From assembly GCA_965213675.1 (NCBI GenBank), contig OZ243916.1:3264001-3328000 (forward strand): a stretch of DNA of 64,000 bases. Direction: 5' to 3'. The stretch comes from an uncultured Candidatus Binatia bacterium (GTDB lineage: Bacteria > Desulfobacterota > Binatia > UBA9968 > JAJDTQ01). The notes under the pieces were generated by a model. That model was not told where the DNA came from. It did no database searches and saw nothing but the letters and a program-made list of their open reading frames with translations. Positions 61,345 to 64,000 of the stretch are shown piece by piece (position 1 is the stretch's first letter; the number at the start of each line of letters is the position of its first letter). The position numbers and the translations under genes were made by a program.

Positions 61345-63426
61345 ATGAGCAGACAGATACCACTCGACCGGACCCGCAACATCGGGATCATGGCCCACAT
61401 CGATGCGGGCAAGACCACCACGACGGAACGGGTGTTGTTCTACACCGGCATCAACTACAAGCTGGGCGAAGTTCACGACGGCACCGCGACCATGGACTGG
61501 ATGGTTCAGGAGCAGGAGCGCGGGATCACCATCACCTCGGCGGCCACCACCTGTCACTGGCGCGACCACCGGATCAACATCATCGACACCCCCGGCCACG
61601 TGGACTTCACCATCGAGGTGGAGCGTTCGTTGCGGGTGCTGGACGGAGCCATCGCGGTTTTCTGCTCGGTGGGCGGCGTCGAGCCCCAGACCGAGACCGT
61701 CTGGCGGCAGGCCGACAAGTACGGCGTCCCGCGCATCGCGTACATCAACAAGATGGATCGCGTCGGCGCCGACTTCTTCCGGGTGGTGAAGATGATCGAG
61801 GACAGGCTTGGAGCCCGGCCGCTGATCGTTCAACTCCCGGTGGGAGCGGAAGACCACTTCCAGGGGGTGGTGGACCTGGTGCGGATGAAGGCCCTCCTTT
61901 GGGACAACGAGAATCTCGGCGCCAGCTTCCGGGAAGTCCCCATACCGGAGGCCATGCGCGCGCAGGCGGACGACTATCGCGATCTCCTGCTGGAGACGCT
62001 GTCCGATTGCGACGACGGGATCATGGCCGCCTACCTCCAGGGCGAGGAGATCTCCGAGGACCAGCTGGTCCGGGCCATTCGCGGGGCCGGGCTGAAGCTT
62101 GCCATTGTCCCGGTGCTGTGCGGCGCGGCGTTCCGTAACAAGGGCGTGCAGCCCTTGCTGGACGCGGTCATCGACTACCTGCCGTCGCCGCTGGACGTGC
62201 CGCCGATCCGTGGGACGGATCCCGACAGCGGCGACGAAGCGGTGCGCGGGACCTCCGACGAAGCGCCGTTCTCCGCTCTGGCATTCAAGATCATGGCCGA
62301 TCCGTTCGTGGGATCTCTGACTTTCTTTCGGGTCTATTCCGGGAGCCGGAGTTCGGGGACGTTCGTCTACAACGCTTCCACCGGCCAGCGGGAGCGTGTC
62401 GGCCGCATTCTCAAGATGCACGCCAACAAGCGCGAGGAGATCGACGAGGTCTGCGCCGGAGACATAGCCGCCGCCGTCGGTCTGCGTAGCGCCAAGACCG
62501 GCGACACCCTGTGCGACGAAGATCATCCCATCCTCCTCGAATCCATCGATTTCCCCGAACCCGTCATTGCCATCGCCATCGAGCCCAAGTCCCGCCACGA
62601 CCAGGAGAAGCTGGGCACATCCCTGCAGAAGCTGGCCAAGGAGGACCCGTCCTTCCGGGTGAGCGTCGACCAGGAGACCGGCCAGACCCTGATTTCGGGC
62701 ATGGGCGAGCTTCATCTCGAGGTCATCGTCGACCGCCTGCTGCGGGAATTCAAGGTGGACGCCAACGTGGGCAAGCCACAGGTGGCGTACAAGGAGACGA
62801 TCCGGCGCGCGGTGGAGCAGGAGGGCCGGTTCGTGCGCCAATCGGGCGGCCGCGGGCAGTTCGGCCACGTGTTCCTGCGCATGGAGCCTCAGCCCACGGG
62901 CACCGGGTTCGAGTTCGTTGCGGCCATCAAGGGCGGCGTCATTCCGCAGGAGTACATCCCCGCGGTTCGGAGTGGCGTGGTCCAGGCCATGAGCAACGGC
63001 GGCCTGGTGGGATATCCGGTGGTGGACGTCAAGGTCACACTGCTCGACGGCAGCTACCATGATGTGGACTCCTCGGAGATGGCGTTCACCATCGCGGGTT
63101 CCATGGCGTTCAAAGAGGGGTTGGGCAAGGCCGCGCCGGTGCTGCTGGAACCGGTGATGGACGTGGAGGTGGTGGTGCCGGAGGAGTTCATGGGCGATGT
63201 GATCGGCGACATCAGTTCGCGCCGGGGAAAGGTCCTGGGAATGACCTCCAAGGGGAACGCCCAGGTGATCGATGCGCGCGTGCCGTTGTCGCGGATGTTC
63301 GGCTACGCGACCGATTTGCGGTCGCGGACCCAGGGCCGCGCCACCTACACGATGCAGTTCTCGCGCTACGAGGAAGTGCCGGAAGGCGTGATGGATGATC
63401 GTGCCGGCCGGGAGGCGCGCGCCTGA
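61345..63426 (+). CDS. fusA: Elongation factor G
   Basis: [31 protein letters not shown] and YHDVDSS. Confidence 0.97.
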   Translation: MSRQIPLDRTRNIGIMAHIDAGKTTTTERVLFYTGINYKLGEVHDGTATMDWMVQEQERGITITSAATTCHWRDHRINIIDTPGHVDFTIEVERSLRVLDGAIAVFCSVGGVEPQTETVWRQADKYGVPRIAYINKMDRVGADFFRVVKMIEDRLGARPLIVQLPVGAEDHFQGVVDLVRMKALLWDNENLGASFREVPIPEAMRAQADDYRDLLLETLSDCDDGIMAAYLQGEEISEDQLVRAIRGAGLKLAIVPVLCGAAFRNKGVQPLLDAVIDYLPSPLDVPPIRGTDPDSGDEAVRGTSDEAPFSALAFKIMADPFVGSLTFFRVYSGSRSSGTFVYNASTGQRERVGRILKMHANKREEIDEVCAGDIAAAVGLRSAKTGDTLCDEDHPILLESIDFPEPVIAIAIEPKSRHDQEKLGTSLQKLAKEDPSFRVSVDQETGQTLISGMGELHLEVIVDRLLREFKVDANVGKPQVAYKETIRRAVEQEGRFVRQSGGRGQFGHVFLRMEPQPTGTGFEFVAAIKGGVIPQEYIPAVRSGVVQAMSNGGLVGYPVVDVKVTLLDGSYHDVDSSEMAFTIAGSMAFKEGLGKAAPVLLEPVMDVEVVVPEEFMGDVIGDISSRRGKVLGMTSKGNAQVIDARVPLSRMFGYATDLRSRTQGRATYTMQFSRYEEVPEGVMDDRAGREARA

Positions 63427-63456
63427 CGCGCGACGTGATGCGACAGGGGTGAGGGC

Positions 63457-63765
63457 GTGAACGAGAAAATCCGCATTCGACTCAAGGCCTACGACTACCG
63501 GGTCCTGGATCAGTCCGTGGGCGACATCGTCGAGACCGTCAAGCGAACGGGCGGCCGGGTCGCCGGTCCCATCCCGCTCCCGACGCGCATCGAAAGGTTC
63601 ACGGTGAATCGGTCTCCACACGTGGACAAGAAGTCGCGGGAGCAGTTCGAGGTGCGGACGCACAAGCGCCTTCTGGACATCCTCGAGCCCACTCAGCAGA
63701 CCATCGACGCCTTGGGCAAGCTCGATCTGGCCGCGGGCGTCGACGTGGAAATCAAGCTTCAATAG
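63457..63765 (+). CDS. rpsJ: 30S ribosomal protein S10
   Basis: [17 protein letters not shown] and [14 protein letters not shown]. Confidence 0.97.
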   Translation: MNEKIRIRLKAYDYRVLDQSVGDIVETVKRTGGRVAGPIPLPTRIERFTVNRSPHVDKKSREQFEVRTHKRLLDILEPTQQTIDALGKLDLAAGVDVEIKLQ

Positions 63766-63775
63766 GGTCACGAAC

Positions 63776-64000
63776 ATGATGGGTCTCATTGGTACAAAGA
63801 TCGGCATGAGCCAGCTCTTCGACGACACGGGCAACGTCATTCCCGTGACGGTGGTGGAGACAGGTCCGTGCGTGGTGGTGCAGAAGAAGGATGTCGCCAG
63901 GGACGGATACAACGCGCTGCAACTGGGCTTTGGCCACCAGAAGAACCAGCGTGTGAACCGCCCGTTGCGCGGCCACATGGCCAAGGCGGAAAAGGGCTCC
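63776..64000 (+). CDS. rplC: 50S ribosomal protein L3 (3'-truncated by window)
   Basis: [15 protein letters not shown]...IPVTVV...DGYNALQLG. Confidence 0.93.
   Translation, partial: MMGLIGTKIGMSQLFDDTGNVIPVTVVETGPCVVVQKKDVARDGYNALQLGFGHQKNQRVNRPLRGHMAKAEKGS

Overview
GC-rich bacterial chromosome segment. Gene order and protein style suggest a deltaproteobacteria-like lineage (inference only). The left ~35 kb mixes accessory and metabolic genes: rsmB, tRNA-Pro, a betaine-type binding protein, GT4 plus TupA-like ATP-grasp, toxin remnants, a porin with a NarL regulator, amgK-murU, a split NAD synthetase, ilvE, lplA/aceE-aceF-lpdA/fdx/lipB, a prenyl synthase, an ALDH, rph and a 1359-aa lipidated Ig-repeat autotransporter. 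The right ~29 kb is core machinery: tRNA clusters, tig-clpP-clpX-lon, rplM-rpsI, lptFG, rlmB, tuf-rpmG-secE-nusG-rplKAJL-rpoBC and rpsL-rpsG-fusA-rpsJ-rplC. The most unusual signal is non-coding. Seven complete intergenic elements (plus one truncated copy) fall into three families with unrelated arms (IS630-like and IS5-like ends), yet nearly all measure 155-159 bp. All fold as a rod-like hairpin and, apart from point decay in two copies, carry the same centred, strand-specific GACGA/GAGGA tandem G.A zipper under the apex. They sit at C(T/C)AG sites, including stop codons, and stack on each other. No transposase, CRISPR array or rRNA is seen.
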